Below, one piece after another: positions 27,895 to 38,378 of a DNA stretch of 64,000 nt. Numbering within the stretch: the first letter of the stretch is position 1; every line of letters begins with the position of its first letter. A program made the position numbers and the translations under genes. Source of the stretch: Ginglymostoma cirratum (lineage: Eukaryota); assembly GCA_024137785.1 (NCBI GenBank), contig JAHRHZ010000025.1, positions 22,546,921 to 22,610,920 on the forward strand, given 5' to 3'. The notes beneath the pieces were generated by a model, which worked only from the letters and a program-made list of their open reading frames with translations, searched no databases and was not told where the DNA came from.

Positions 27895-27986
27895 TATAAC
27901 AAGCATGGGGCTGGATGAACACAGCAGGTCAAGCAGCATCACAGGAGCAGGAAAACTTGACGTTTCGGGCCTAAACCCTTCATCAG
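27895..27986 (-). mobile_element. Solo ~90-bp Penelope-like pLTR fragment beginning at the hammerhead core
   Basis: Nearly identical to 33545-33635; similarity stops exactly at CTGATGA. Confidence 0.85.
27959..27986 (-). ncRNA. Minimal hammerhead core (intact core, native helix I 5' strand lost)
   Basis: CTGATGA-A-GGG-TTTAGG-CCC-GAAA-CGTC. Confidence 0.65.
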
Positions 27987-28559
27987 CTGTTGATTTTCTG
28001 TCATCTATTCTTGAATATCTTCCATTTCCACTTTGTTACTCTCCTCTATAACAACAAGATGCAATGTAAATGACAATAACTCCTTCCTCACTCCTTTAGA
28101 ATTAGCCTTGAATCTTTCTCGTATTTTACCTGTCCGCACCATTGCCTCATTTTAAGCTCAAATCTGATTGCAATAACAAGTTACTAATAACACACAGATT
28201 TCTTTTGTCATCACCTCATTGCTCCAGTTTCCTGAAATCTCTTTAATCCCTGGTTTAAAAAAACAAAATGGATAGGTGAATAAGTCCGAAATGCATTTAC
28301 CCATTGGCAACCAAAAGTACCTTGGCATGGCACTTCAATTTTGTGGTGACAGCAACCAGAGGATGAAGATGTCATATTGTACTGTTGCTATTGTATTTTC
28401 TGTGCTTTTTTGCTCAATGTACCATGGACATCAGCAGGGGAAGATTCCACTCTAAATGTGTGGAGTACAACTCGCAGTACTGAGTCACTCCCATTGATAC
28501 TTGTTTAAATGACACCTGCCACAATGCATTCACTTTAACACCAACCAAAACACAACATT

Positions 28560-29000
28560 ACATAAAATAGAAACAGGGAAGAAGACTATTTAAGCCTGTG
28601 CTGCCATTCAGTACAATCGGGGTTAATTTTCTACCTTAATTCCATCTTTCCACATTATGTCCATGCCCTTTAATCCCCTTCATAGCCAAAAATCTATAAA
28701 TCTCAGTCTTTACTGTAATCATCTATACTATACTGACCACATATAGCTCCCAGAGGCAAAGAAATCCAAACAGCCACAATCCCTTAACTCAAAAGTTCAA
28801 ATCTTCTCCATCCTAAAAAGCAATCCCTCATTCTGATAGTGTATCCCCAGTTCTAGATGTCCCAGACAGAGAAAACATCCTCCAAACTTCTACTCTATCA
28901 AGCCTCTGAAGAATTTTGAATGTTTCAATGAGATCACTTCTCAATGTTCTAGGTTCCAGGGAATATAGGCATATTCAGCCTCTCCTTGTAGGACAATCTC
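28560..29000 (-). mobile_element. CR1 3' fragment (old)
   Basis: Reverse-complement CR1 end (GCCTGTGCTGCCATTCA; GAATTTTGAATGTTTCAATGAGATCAC = ..LIETFKIL). Confidence 0.7.
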
Positions 29001-29149
29001 ATTTGCTACATCTCTTTGAAAGGTGAGTGGTCCCTGAGAGATCAATATTCTTCTCTGCACCAGTATCTTATGACACTTGTTCGGGATCCAAGAATGTGAA
29101 ATGGACACAAGTATAATGCAGCCACAGGAGTGAAAATTAAACATATGAT

Positions 29150-29520
29150 TGGCATATTGTAAGCATGCTTCAAGGGTCTCATTTGTTCTGGGAGTTCCAA
29201 TGTAGCCTAACAAAGGTCTCAAGTTTTGTGCTCATGCATAGCCTTCTGCACAACTAGCTTTACAAAAAGCTTTAGTCATGGGTACCCAAGAACAGGAAAC
29301 TCCCTGAGATCACCAACAGGTTCCGTTATAGAGACAGTTGACCAGGATGCAGAGGATATCACATTGCTGTCTGTGAAAGATATTAATGCTACTCTTAGAC
29401 AGCAGGTCTTTACAAGGCTTCCACATATGGTTACTGCATTAACTGTCTTCCCCAGATCTTCCTCCTTACACTGGTGTTTCACCATTTACAATTCCTTCAC
29501 TGTGCACAGCAATCCAAAGC
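29150..29520 (-). mobile_element. Possible L1/Tx1 ORF2 C-terminal relic
   Basis: Fragments KTVNAV and RNLLVI resemble Tx1-type TINSVK...ARNLLVF; heavily decayed. Confidence 0.2.
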
Positions 29521-30098
29521 TTCAAATCATGTAGCCTCACAAAAGCAACTCTCAGAATTGCTCAAACACTATCTGAATGCACAAATTTAGTGCCTGAATG
29601 GAAATTGAAAGAATGTAAAATTGATTTGAAGGAAGCAATCAACCAATTTCTCAAATTCCGATAACATGGTGTACAGAGAATTTATGGAGCCATTTGTGCC
29701 ACAACAAGTTAGGAGGTAACTGCCACTGAAGTAAAGTTCTTAGAGTGCTGTGTTTTTTCAAATGCTAAGCCAATTGTTTCAGTTATCAGCTGGAATTATA
29801 TTCACTTTTTGAATAACTAACATATTTTCCAGTGTGATCCTAATCTTTAATACATAATAAAAACTTAAAAGGTTTTCAATTCATTAGAAAATTGTTGGCA
29901 GCAGTTCTTCCTCTGCAGGGTGCAGGGGAGTCCAGACCAGCATCGCTGCCTCCTGCCCAACTCCTCTCCCTCAAATAAGGGGCCCTCTTGCCCTGGAACA
30001 AAGTGGCACTGTCTGATGTTAGGGGGCATTCAGCGTGCTACAGTTATGGTCTGTGAGGATTTTACATTATGCCAGATCATGAGCAGGCAATGCACCAG

Positions 30099-30134
30099 CC
30101 AGAGTATTCCAAATGCCCAGAGTATTCTAAATGC
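30099..30134. repeat. 18-bp tandem duplication
   Basis: CCAGAGTATTCCAAATGC followed by CCAGAGTATTCTAAATGC. Confidence 0.9.
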
Positions 30135-30879
30135 CCTCACCTCTTTCCTCCTATACCCCTTGTAAATGTCAATCTGCATCTGCCTTGGGTCCATATCCAT
30201 TATCTTGCCTGTATCCTCTCCCTTACGCCTCTGGGTGCCAAACACATTGGCCTGATGGTAACTTACCATTATATTCTATCAACGACCATCTCCATCACGC
30301 AGCCTTACTCACTTATCACTGAAATATTTCTGACCATGATTAAAAGAGATGTGTCCAAGGTTGCTCACCCCCTTTGCTGCCCCCACCCAGGCTGCCTTCA
30401 GTGGGCTGGGAGTCATCGCAAACATCGAGGCAAGGAGACACAAACACAGATCTTAAATCGCAGCTGTACTTCCCCCGGTTTCCATTTTGTTTCAATTCTA
30501 ATGATTCTGCCTTTCCAGATAAACATTCTGGAATAACCAACTTTTGGTTCAAGATAGAAATAAAATTAAATATTCACTCCCAGGAAGATGTACAAGTGCC
30601 TTCTTTGTCCATTTCTTTACTCTGTGAAGGTAAAGCAAAGCACCTGGCACATGGCATTGTCCACTACCCCTTTAAATATCTGAACGTTGAGCTACTTCTG
30701 GAAGAAGGCTGCCAGCTCTGTGCCCGAACATCTTGCTCTCACAGCTGCATTGAACAAGCACCGAACCCTAGCACCAGGATGCAGGCAGGGATCCCACTTG
30801 TGGCCATTAATTGGCTGATTAATATTTTATGGCATGAGCTGGGTAGGCAGCATTGGCAGCGGGTGAATCCCTTCACTTC

Positions 30880-31322
30880 ATACGTGTTCCTGGAATAAAG
30901 GGACTGTCCTATGAAAAAGGATTGGGAAAACTGTGCCTATTTACAGCTACAGGAACTAAGAGGTGATCTCATTGAAACCTACTTAAGGGGCTAGATGCAG
31001 ATAAGCTGACTCCCCTGGTTCGGCTATTTAGAACGTGGGGACACAATTTCAAAGTAAGAGTGAAACCAACTATTATTGAGATGAGGAGAAATTTTTATCT
31101 TAGAGAGTTGTAAATCTTTGAAATTCTGTGCATCAGGGAGTTGTGAAAGCTCAGTATTTAAGTTTAAAGTAGATGTTGACAGATTTCTTAAAGACAAAAA
31201 ATGTGCAGGAACAGGAAGATAAGTGGGGCAAAGGCACTGAAGTGGACAATCGGCCACTATTGTATTAATGGCAGTTCAGGCTTGATGGGCTGAACAGCCT
31301 ACTTCTGTTCCAATGTTCCTAC
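30880..31322 (+). mobile_element. CR1 3' fragment
   Basis: PGIKGLSYEKGL..., LRGDLIETY, tail GATGGGCTGAACAGCCTACTTCTGTTCCAATGTTCCTA. Confidence 0.8.
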
Positions 31323-32393
31323 CACTCATTACCAGATTCCCGTCCAGGTACTGCCATTGTTTTGTAATACCCAGACCTACATCAATTTAAATTTGGCCAC
31401 AATATTGTAATGTTGGGCTCAGTTTTCCCACTTTAGATTTTAATGGAAAGACAACTTTATTTTAAGCTTCCCAACCAGGAATCAAAAGTGGAGCACATTC
31501 TGTACACCCTATCAGAAGATGTCCAATAAAAAGCCTGCTTCCAGGCTCACCACCTATTTAGAGAGGGTGGGTAGGTTGAGAAGGAAGGAAGATGAAGGGC
31601 TGTCTACACTGGGCTGCACTGAGAGTGCTTCTGAGGGTCAGTGACACAAAAGGAAGAAGCGAATATTGGATGTGAACTAAAACTGAAGGAACTGGCAGCC
31701 ACTTCTTCATCCCCCAGCACCATCTGTGACAGCAATTTCCAAAAACTTCTCATGCAACGACAAACCTCTACTGGTGGGCAGCTTGACCTTCCTGTTTTCC
31801 CCATGTTAACATTCAAATCACATGTCATTTCACTGTTGTTTCAACCTTCAATGCACTCACACACCTTTCGTGAATTGATGAGTTGCAGACCATGTCAGGG
31901 ATTCCATTGTTCTGACAAAATGGCTAATACAGTAATTGAATTACTAACAAGCTTAATTGGCTTCCTACCAATGCTAGGCAGTTTGCCATCAATACACACA
32001 AACCATTATGGGAGGAGTCAGGAACACAGTTCATTCCTGATCAGTTATAGGTTTCCCCTCTAACCCCCACTATCTTCTCTGAATCCATCTCCATGGGCCT
32101 GGGAAAACTTACCTCATAATAGAACTGATACAAGCAACTCCCTTTATCACCAGGACCATCCTACAACCCCTTATTGATATTGAGACTCAGTCATCACGTC
32201 CATCTTTCACAATGAGTTGCAAATGCCATCGATGCAGGGCCACAATCAGAAGGATATGTTTTACGATATAAATTGAATTCCAAAGACATTCAGAAGAAAA
32301 GATGAGCTTAATGATTCAAACACAAACTATCAGCCTACACACAAATTGTTGGCATGCATCTATATTTTGCCTAGATGCTGCTTGGGTGACCTC

Positions 32394-32418
32394 TGTGTGT
32401 GTGTGTGTGTGTGTGTGT
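32394..32418. repeat. (TG)12 microsatellite
   Basis: Direct reading. Confidence 0.95.
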
Positions 32419-32607
32419 ATGCCCATGTGACATGTTGGCTATTATATTCCTAAAGGTGCCATCAAGAGATGAAAGTAACCATCGCTGCTGCAAGTAAATA
32501 CTGAGTACTGCATATTCTTCTTGGGATGCATTAGTATTGTCAGAAAGAAGGCACAGTGCAAGGGGTGGTACTATGTCATTCACCCGATTCTTACTGGAGA
32601 AATAATC

Positions 32608-32945
32608 TTTTTTAATTCACTCTGGGGACATGGGCATCACTGGCTCGTCAGCATTTATTACCCGTCCCTAGTTCCCCTTGAGAAGGTGGTGGTGAGCTGC
32701 CTTCTTGAACCATTGCAGTCTACATGCTGTGTGTTGATCCATGATGCCACTTGGGAGGGAATTCCAGGATTTTGACCCATTGACAGTGAAGGAACGGCAC
32801 TATATTTCCAAATCAGGATGCAGAGTGGCTCGGAGGGCAACTTGCAGGTGGTGGTATTCCATCTATTTTCTGCCCTTGTCCTTGTGGTTGAGAGTCTGGA
32901 AGGTGTTGTTGGAGGATATTTGGCTGAATTTATGCAGTGCATCTG
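32608..32945 (-). mobile_element. 3' fragment of a CR1/L2-group LINE
   Basis: ORF-track RTRAENRWNTTTCKLPSEPLCILIWKY matches the end of the 42830-45475 element. Confidence 0.8.
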
Positions 32946-33603
32946 GTATTTGCTTGTACACCTTATGTATTAGCACTGGCCACTGATTTTAAATGGCTGC
33001 AAATGGAAAGGGCACCGAATGATATCAATGAGATTAGTGAAATAATGTGTGATACATGCCTGTAATGAGTGATCTGAACTGAAGAGGCAAATCATAGCCA
33101 ATCTGACTGAATTCCATGGTCAGAACGTGGTTGTAGAGATGGTCCTGGTGATTAATAGAGCTGGATACACTGGCACTGTTTAAATGGATACTCTTTATTA
33201 CAGGAGATTTCCAAGACCATGGAGGGGGAGTTGAAGAAAACGGGACAACGAGAAAAATTGCCATCAATAAGGAATGGTGGTTTGTTCCCACTTTTTCCAT
33301 CCGGTTGCCAGGCCTCTACAGCAACAATCTGATTTGCTATAAAATAACACAAGCTGGTTTTTGAACCTGAGTCGTGGAGGCCACTGATGCAAGTATCCTG
33401 TAATACCCTCTGAAATTTGATAAACTATCCAGCAGTGACCAATTCCCCCACCAAAGATGTTCTGAGGTCTCCTTGACACCTACACCAAAGCCTCATGCTT
33501 TAGAAGACACTTCTCTTGCAAACTGAAGAAACCTAGCTTCTGAGATAACAAGCATGGGGCTGGATGAACACAGCAGGTCAAGCAGCATCATAGGAGCAGG
33601 AAA

Positions 33604-33639
33604 ACTTGACGTTTCGGGCCTAAACCCTTCATCAGAAAT
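33604..33639 (-). ncRNA. Minimal type-I hammerhead ribozyme
   Basis: ATTT-CTGATGA-A-GGG-TTTAGG-CCC-GAAA-CGTC-AAGT. Confidence 0.72.
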
Positions 33640-33681
33640 GGGGGAGGGGAAGAGGGTTCTGAAATAAATAGGGAGAGAGGG

Positions 33682-34081
33682 NNNNNNNNNNNNNNNNNNN
33701 NNNNNNNNNNNNNNNNNNNNNNNNNNNNNNNNNNNNNNNNNNNNNNNNNNNNNNNNNNNNNNNNNNNNNNNNNNNNNNNNNNNNNNNNNNNNNNNNNNNN
33801 NNNNNNNNNNNNNNNNNNNNNNNNNNNNNNNNNNNNNNNNNNNNNNNNNNNNNNNNNNNNNNNNNNNNNNNNNNNNNNNNNNNNNNNNNNNNNNNNNNNN
33901 NNNNNNNNNNNNNNNNNNNNNNNNNNNNNNNNNNNNNNNNNNNNNNNNNNNNNNNNNNNNNNNNNNNNNNNNNNNNNNNNNNNNNNNNNNNNNNNNNNNN
34001 NNNNNNNNNNNNNNNNNNNNNNNNNNNNNNNNNNNNNNNNNNNNNNNNNNNNNNNNNNNNNNNNNNNNNNNNNNNNNNNNN
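33682..34081. other. Assembly gap (400 N)
   Basis: N run. Confidence 1.
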
Positions 34082-34261
34082 GAGATGGTCCAGGTGAACT
34101 TCAGGTTGGGGTGGAAGGTGTTGGTGAACACTCACCTTTACTGGCTCCATCCCCGCCTCTTCGACTTGTCTGCCTCCTCTCTACCTATCCTCTCCTCTAT
34201 CCATCCTCTATCCGCCTCCCCCTCTCTCCCTATTTATTTCAGAACCCTCTTCCCCTCCCCC

Positions 34262-34297
34262 ATTTCTGATGAAGGGTTTAGGCCCGAAACGTCAAGT
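34262..34297 (+). ncRNA. Minimal type-I hammerhead ribozyme; predicted cleavage after GUC (34293)
   Basis: Core CTGATGA 34266-34272; helix II GGG/CCC; GAAA 34286-34289; palindromic ACGT in place of helix III; 4-bp helix I AUUU/AAGU. Confidence 0.72.
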
Positions 34298-35189
34298 TTT
34301 CCTGCTCCTATGATGCTGCTTGACCTGCTGTGTTCATGCAGCCCCATGCTTGTTATCTCGGATTCTCCAGCATCTGCAGTACCTTTTATCTCTGATACAA
34401 ACCTAGCTTTTGGATCATTGCTGCTGAACCTCTTCCCCCACACCCGCCAACATTGTTCTTCCTCTTCATTTACCACTGCCAGTCAGCCATGCCCATTTGT
34501 GTTGTGTCCTTTACTCAGTGCCCTTCCCTCTGGCTGACTCTCTTACTCTCCCAGGCTGGACAGCTCTAAAACGCACTTTGGAAAGACAGATTGAATGATG
34601 GCATGAAATGTGAAGCCATTACTGAGATTTGTCTTTTTTTTACAAATACCTGAAAAAGAAAAAGAGGAACTAAGGTGAGAATGGATTATGGAGAAACATA
34701 TTTTGTGTCACTTTGAGTGGAAAGAGCCATATGAAGATTTTACAACGTAATTCACTAGTATTAATGTAGGGAATAACTGGAAAAGGAGGAATAGAAGCAG
34801 AAAGCAATGACAAATTCTCAGTGATGGATCCGACATCTTATCCATTATACACTCTCCTGAATTAACAACTTCCCCCTAAAGGGCAGCTCTCTTCACCTTT
34901 CACACTTCTTCAACTACTAGGAGTTAAAACTCCTGCAAAAAATTGCATGAAGTGAAATTGAACTGTTATTCCTATTACATGTAATAAATCTAGGTATCAA
35001 TGTGGAATGGAATGAATCAGTAAGCTAATGAGTGCTGATTTCGAAAGCTTGGAGCATGAAGGGAATCATGATGCTACATGGACATTGATGATAACTCACT
35101 CAAGGACATTAAAACAATATGAAAGGGAGTGATTGGAAGTGACAGACTATCTTGCACATCTTACACAGCCTATATACTACAAATATATG

Positions 35190-35520
35190 ATACAAGTAGG
35201 CCATTCAGACCCTTAAACCTACTCTATATTCAATAAGATTATGGCTTAGCTGATTGCAACCTCAAATCCACATTCTCCCATCTCTGATAACCTTTCACCC
35301 ATTAGAATCTAATCACCTGTGCCTTAAACATATTTAAACACTCTGCTTTCACCAACTTTTCAATAGGAGCGTTCCAAACACTTACGAACTTCGTAATTTG
35401 CCACAACCTCTGTCTTAAATTGGCGACCTCTGGTTTTTAATCAGTGACCCAAGAGCTAGTTTCTTCCAAAGGAGGAAACGTCCTCTCCACATCCATCCGC
35501 TCAAGACCCATCAGGATCTT
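35190..35520 (-). mobile_element. CR1 3' fragment (old)
   Basis: AGTAGGCCATTCAG...TTCAATAAGATTATGGCT reverse tail; AGGAAACGTCCTCTCCACATCC. Confidence 0.7.
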
Positions 35521-36329
35521 AACTAAACCAGCAAAATGATTCAAATTTTGGAAATTCTCTCGGATTCAGATGCATTAGTCACTCCACAGGTAGTGCCCAG
35601 GCTTCATATTCTAAGTGTCCCCTATAGCAAATCGTCTAACAAAACGAGGAGCAAAGCAACAGCGCCCTCTTGTGCTTTGAACTGGATGGATGTCATGCAT
35701 TTTTGCACAGATCATTATGCAGACTTCTCCACTCTTTTGGTAGACGAATCTGAAAACTTCTTTAGTAAGACAAAACCAATTAGAATTAGAAATTGAACAT
35801 TATTTTATAGACAGGAAGTGTGCAGTTTAAAATAAACCACAGTCTTCAACTTGAGGTGTTAATAATAACAATAAAATATACCACACTATTCACACCAACA
35901 GGGTGGCTTGGCCTTTCTTGACTGGTTTTCTCCAGATTTATTTGTCTGTATCTTAAACTCACATTTCTTCTCTAACCTATCTTTTGCTCCAGGGTTGGAA
36001 ACTAGTACTTGTGCTCTGATTTTCTCCCCGTCTGAACATTAGCAAGAAGAGCTATATACCTTGAAACCGCGACCTAATTCACTTATTCAAGGTGAATCTC
36101 AACACGGTGGTTTGGGGTGAGTCTCAGTTTATAAGTCTGAATCAGAAGCAACATTTTACAAATCATTTCAAGAACTTTTCTGTTCCTTTCCAAAGAGGAC
36201 TGCACCCCACCACCTCTATTTTGATAAATCATGTACATCACTGAGTTCAGGATAAGTTTTTCAATTGTCCAACTAAGGATTGGGAAGGGAGAATATCTTA
36301 ATCCATGATGGTTTAACTTTATCTGCATT

Positions 36330-36890
36330 AATCTTTCCTTCTCGCTGTTAAAGGGTGTAAAAGACAAAACAAACAACTACAGGCCAATAAGTTCAATACC
36401 AGCAGTCGGAAGATTCTAGAAATCCATCATCAGGAATAAGGTAACTGAATCCTTGCGGCTCAGGAGAGGCAGTTGGATCTTATGAAAGATATGTTGTATT
36501 GGATTGACATAATAGGATACTTGAAAATAATCACGGAGTCTGTTGTGAAAAGAGAATTAATGGAAGCCAGAGACAGCAAAAACTGCAGATACTGGAGTCA
36601 GAGATAACACAGCGCGGAGCTGGAGGAACACAGAAGGCCAGGCAGCATCAGAGGAGCAGGAAAGATAATGTTTTGGGTCAGGACTTCTGATTTCTGAAGA
36701 AGGATCCCAACCTGATAGGTCAACTTTCTTGCTCCTCTGATGCTACCTGGCCTGCTATGTTCCACCAGCTCCATGCTGTGTTATCAGTGGGAGCCATCTT
36801 TCTTCATGGATTTTAAGAAACTGTTTGATAAGCTTCGGAGGAGAAATGATCCGCTAAAACTGAGGCTTGTGGAGTTTGACTCCACTTTTA
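36330..36890 (+). mobile_element. Very old CR1 RT fragment, split by a Penelope fold-back
   Basis: KGVKDKTNNYRPISSIPAVGKILESIIRNKV on the left; MDFKKLFDKL on the right. Confidence 0.7.
36570..36785. mobile_element. Penelope-like fold-back made of two head-to-head pLTR fragments
   Basis: 36603-36690 is an inverted repeat of 36693-36785; decayed TSD AATGGAAGCCA 36559-36569 vs AGTGGGAGCCA 36786-36796; mutated core at 36694. Confidence 0.82.
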
Positions 36891-37559
36891 TACAGGCAGA
36901 TTAAAAATGGAGGGCAGCTCGTTGAAACTGTTCCACATTCATAATGTATGAAGGATCATGACTGGATAGAAAACCAGGGGTGGTGCGTTACACCCTCCCT
37001 GGGAGTGGGCTGAGGCATGGACACTCTTAAAATGAGGTCCAATGACAGTAGTGAGGGAGGCACAGTGGCCAATGAATGGTAACTTAAGGGCTTATTTCTG
37101 CCATTACTGGTGTTTTACAGTGATGGGAGGTGTCAACACCATGTGGTGAAGCCAAAAGGTAACTTTATATGCTCTTAGGGTACTCCTTTCTGCTCAGGCA
37201 TCTTTTGCCCAATGGAAACTCCTCCCAGCGTGATTTCACCCAGTTTGCTGAACCTGGTCCCCCAATGTACTCACTGGAGAGGCCTGGTTGGCTCTGGCAT
37301 TGCCCAGACTTACCCACATGCCCAGGAACATGGCTCCTCTTCAATGTGAGAAGGCCCAGCTGTACCTACCACTGGCAGTGATCTGGCGAGATGCTGGCCA
37401 TCTGATTGGACAGCTGACCTCAGAAGCAAGATTTCCTCCCAGGTAATTCCTGACAATGACCCGACCAGGCTGAGGTGGCATCACCCCTGCCTTTTCAGCT
37501 GAGGCTTAGGGTGACCATGGCTAAAGTACCTGTACGAGCCAATAGGACATCGGTTTGCA

Positions 37560-37925
37560 GTATTTGAAGGGTTAGCTGAGGTGGGGTTGGTAGACATCTA
37601 CGTGCCAGATTACCAACAGGGACAATTGATGTTTTCGGGGATTGTTACTGGAAACGAACCTAGATTTGTAAACAGAGGGGTGAATATGCATGTTGTGAGA
37701 AGATATTGATCCAGGAGATAAAGTGAATTATAAAGCAGAGGCCAGAAAACTGCAAAATGATGTAAACTGATATAATATAATGGCTAGAATAATGCCTGAT
37801 ACAACAGCACCTTTTAAAGTGCACAGTGAAGGGATGCAAATAGAACAGAGAGGAATATAATCTGAATGATAATCCTTGAGAATGTAAAAATAATTTGGAA
37901 TTCAAGTGCAAATCAAAGTTAGTTT
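37560..37925 (+). mobile_element. Very old CR1 RT fragment
   Basis: Decayed GGGATTGTTACTGG (QGxxLG-like) and WQ..YN..KC.V-like segments. Confidence 0.45.
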
Positions 37926-38044
37926 ACAGCAGGCTTGGATAGGTACAACCACTCTCAGGAGCTCCCTTCTATCTAGAATAAAAACAATCCATTTGATTGG
38001 GATTCCAATCCCAATACCAAAGACACACTGCCTTTAGCATCCAT

Positions 38045-38378
38045 TCCCTTTAGCATTGGTATGTTGTCACTACAGTATGTATTACCCATTGAATGCACTG
38101 CAACAACTTTGGCAACATGATCTTACCCTACACCCTTGACCACCCAGAAGCATAGAAGAAATATGTGCATTGAGACACCATCCTTGCTCATATATACATG
38201 TCATTCTTCGTTTACATGTCAGGATCACACAAGTCCTTCCTTCAAAGTGGCAGCAATGTCTGCACATGCACTGCAGCAGTTCAAGAAAGCAGCTCACCAG
38301 CCACTTTTCAAAGATAATTAGGGATGAGCAATAATTGCTGGCCTTGCCAGTGACACCCACATTCCAAGAATGAATTTT
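38045..38378 (+). mobile_element. 3' end of a CR1/L2-group LINE
   Basis: CTGCAGCAGTTCAAGAAAGCAGCTCACCAGCCAC...ATTAGGGATGAGCAATAATTGCTGGCCTTGCCAGTGACACCCACATTCCAAGAATGAAT. Confidence 0.75.

Larger units (their letters stand above)
33540..34398 (-). mobile_element. Young Penelope-like retroelement: 5'-truncated RT, inverted pseudo-LTRs, 11-bp TSD, central assembly gap
   Basis: Arms 33543-33681 and 34220-34358 are near-perfect inverted repeats; RT peptide FTNTFHPNLKFTWTI at 34082-34128; TSD AAACCTAGCTT at 33529-33539 and 34399-34409. Confidence 0.9.

Noticed and set aside
30069-30898. Longest gap-free ORFs (155 and 174 aa)
   Set aside because: No recognisable domain, overlapping ORFs in several frames, no convincing splice context
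33493-34150. ORFs of 212 and 172 aa
   Set aside because: Artefacts of translating through the N gap; only the short RT peptide is meaningful
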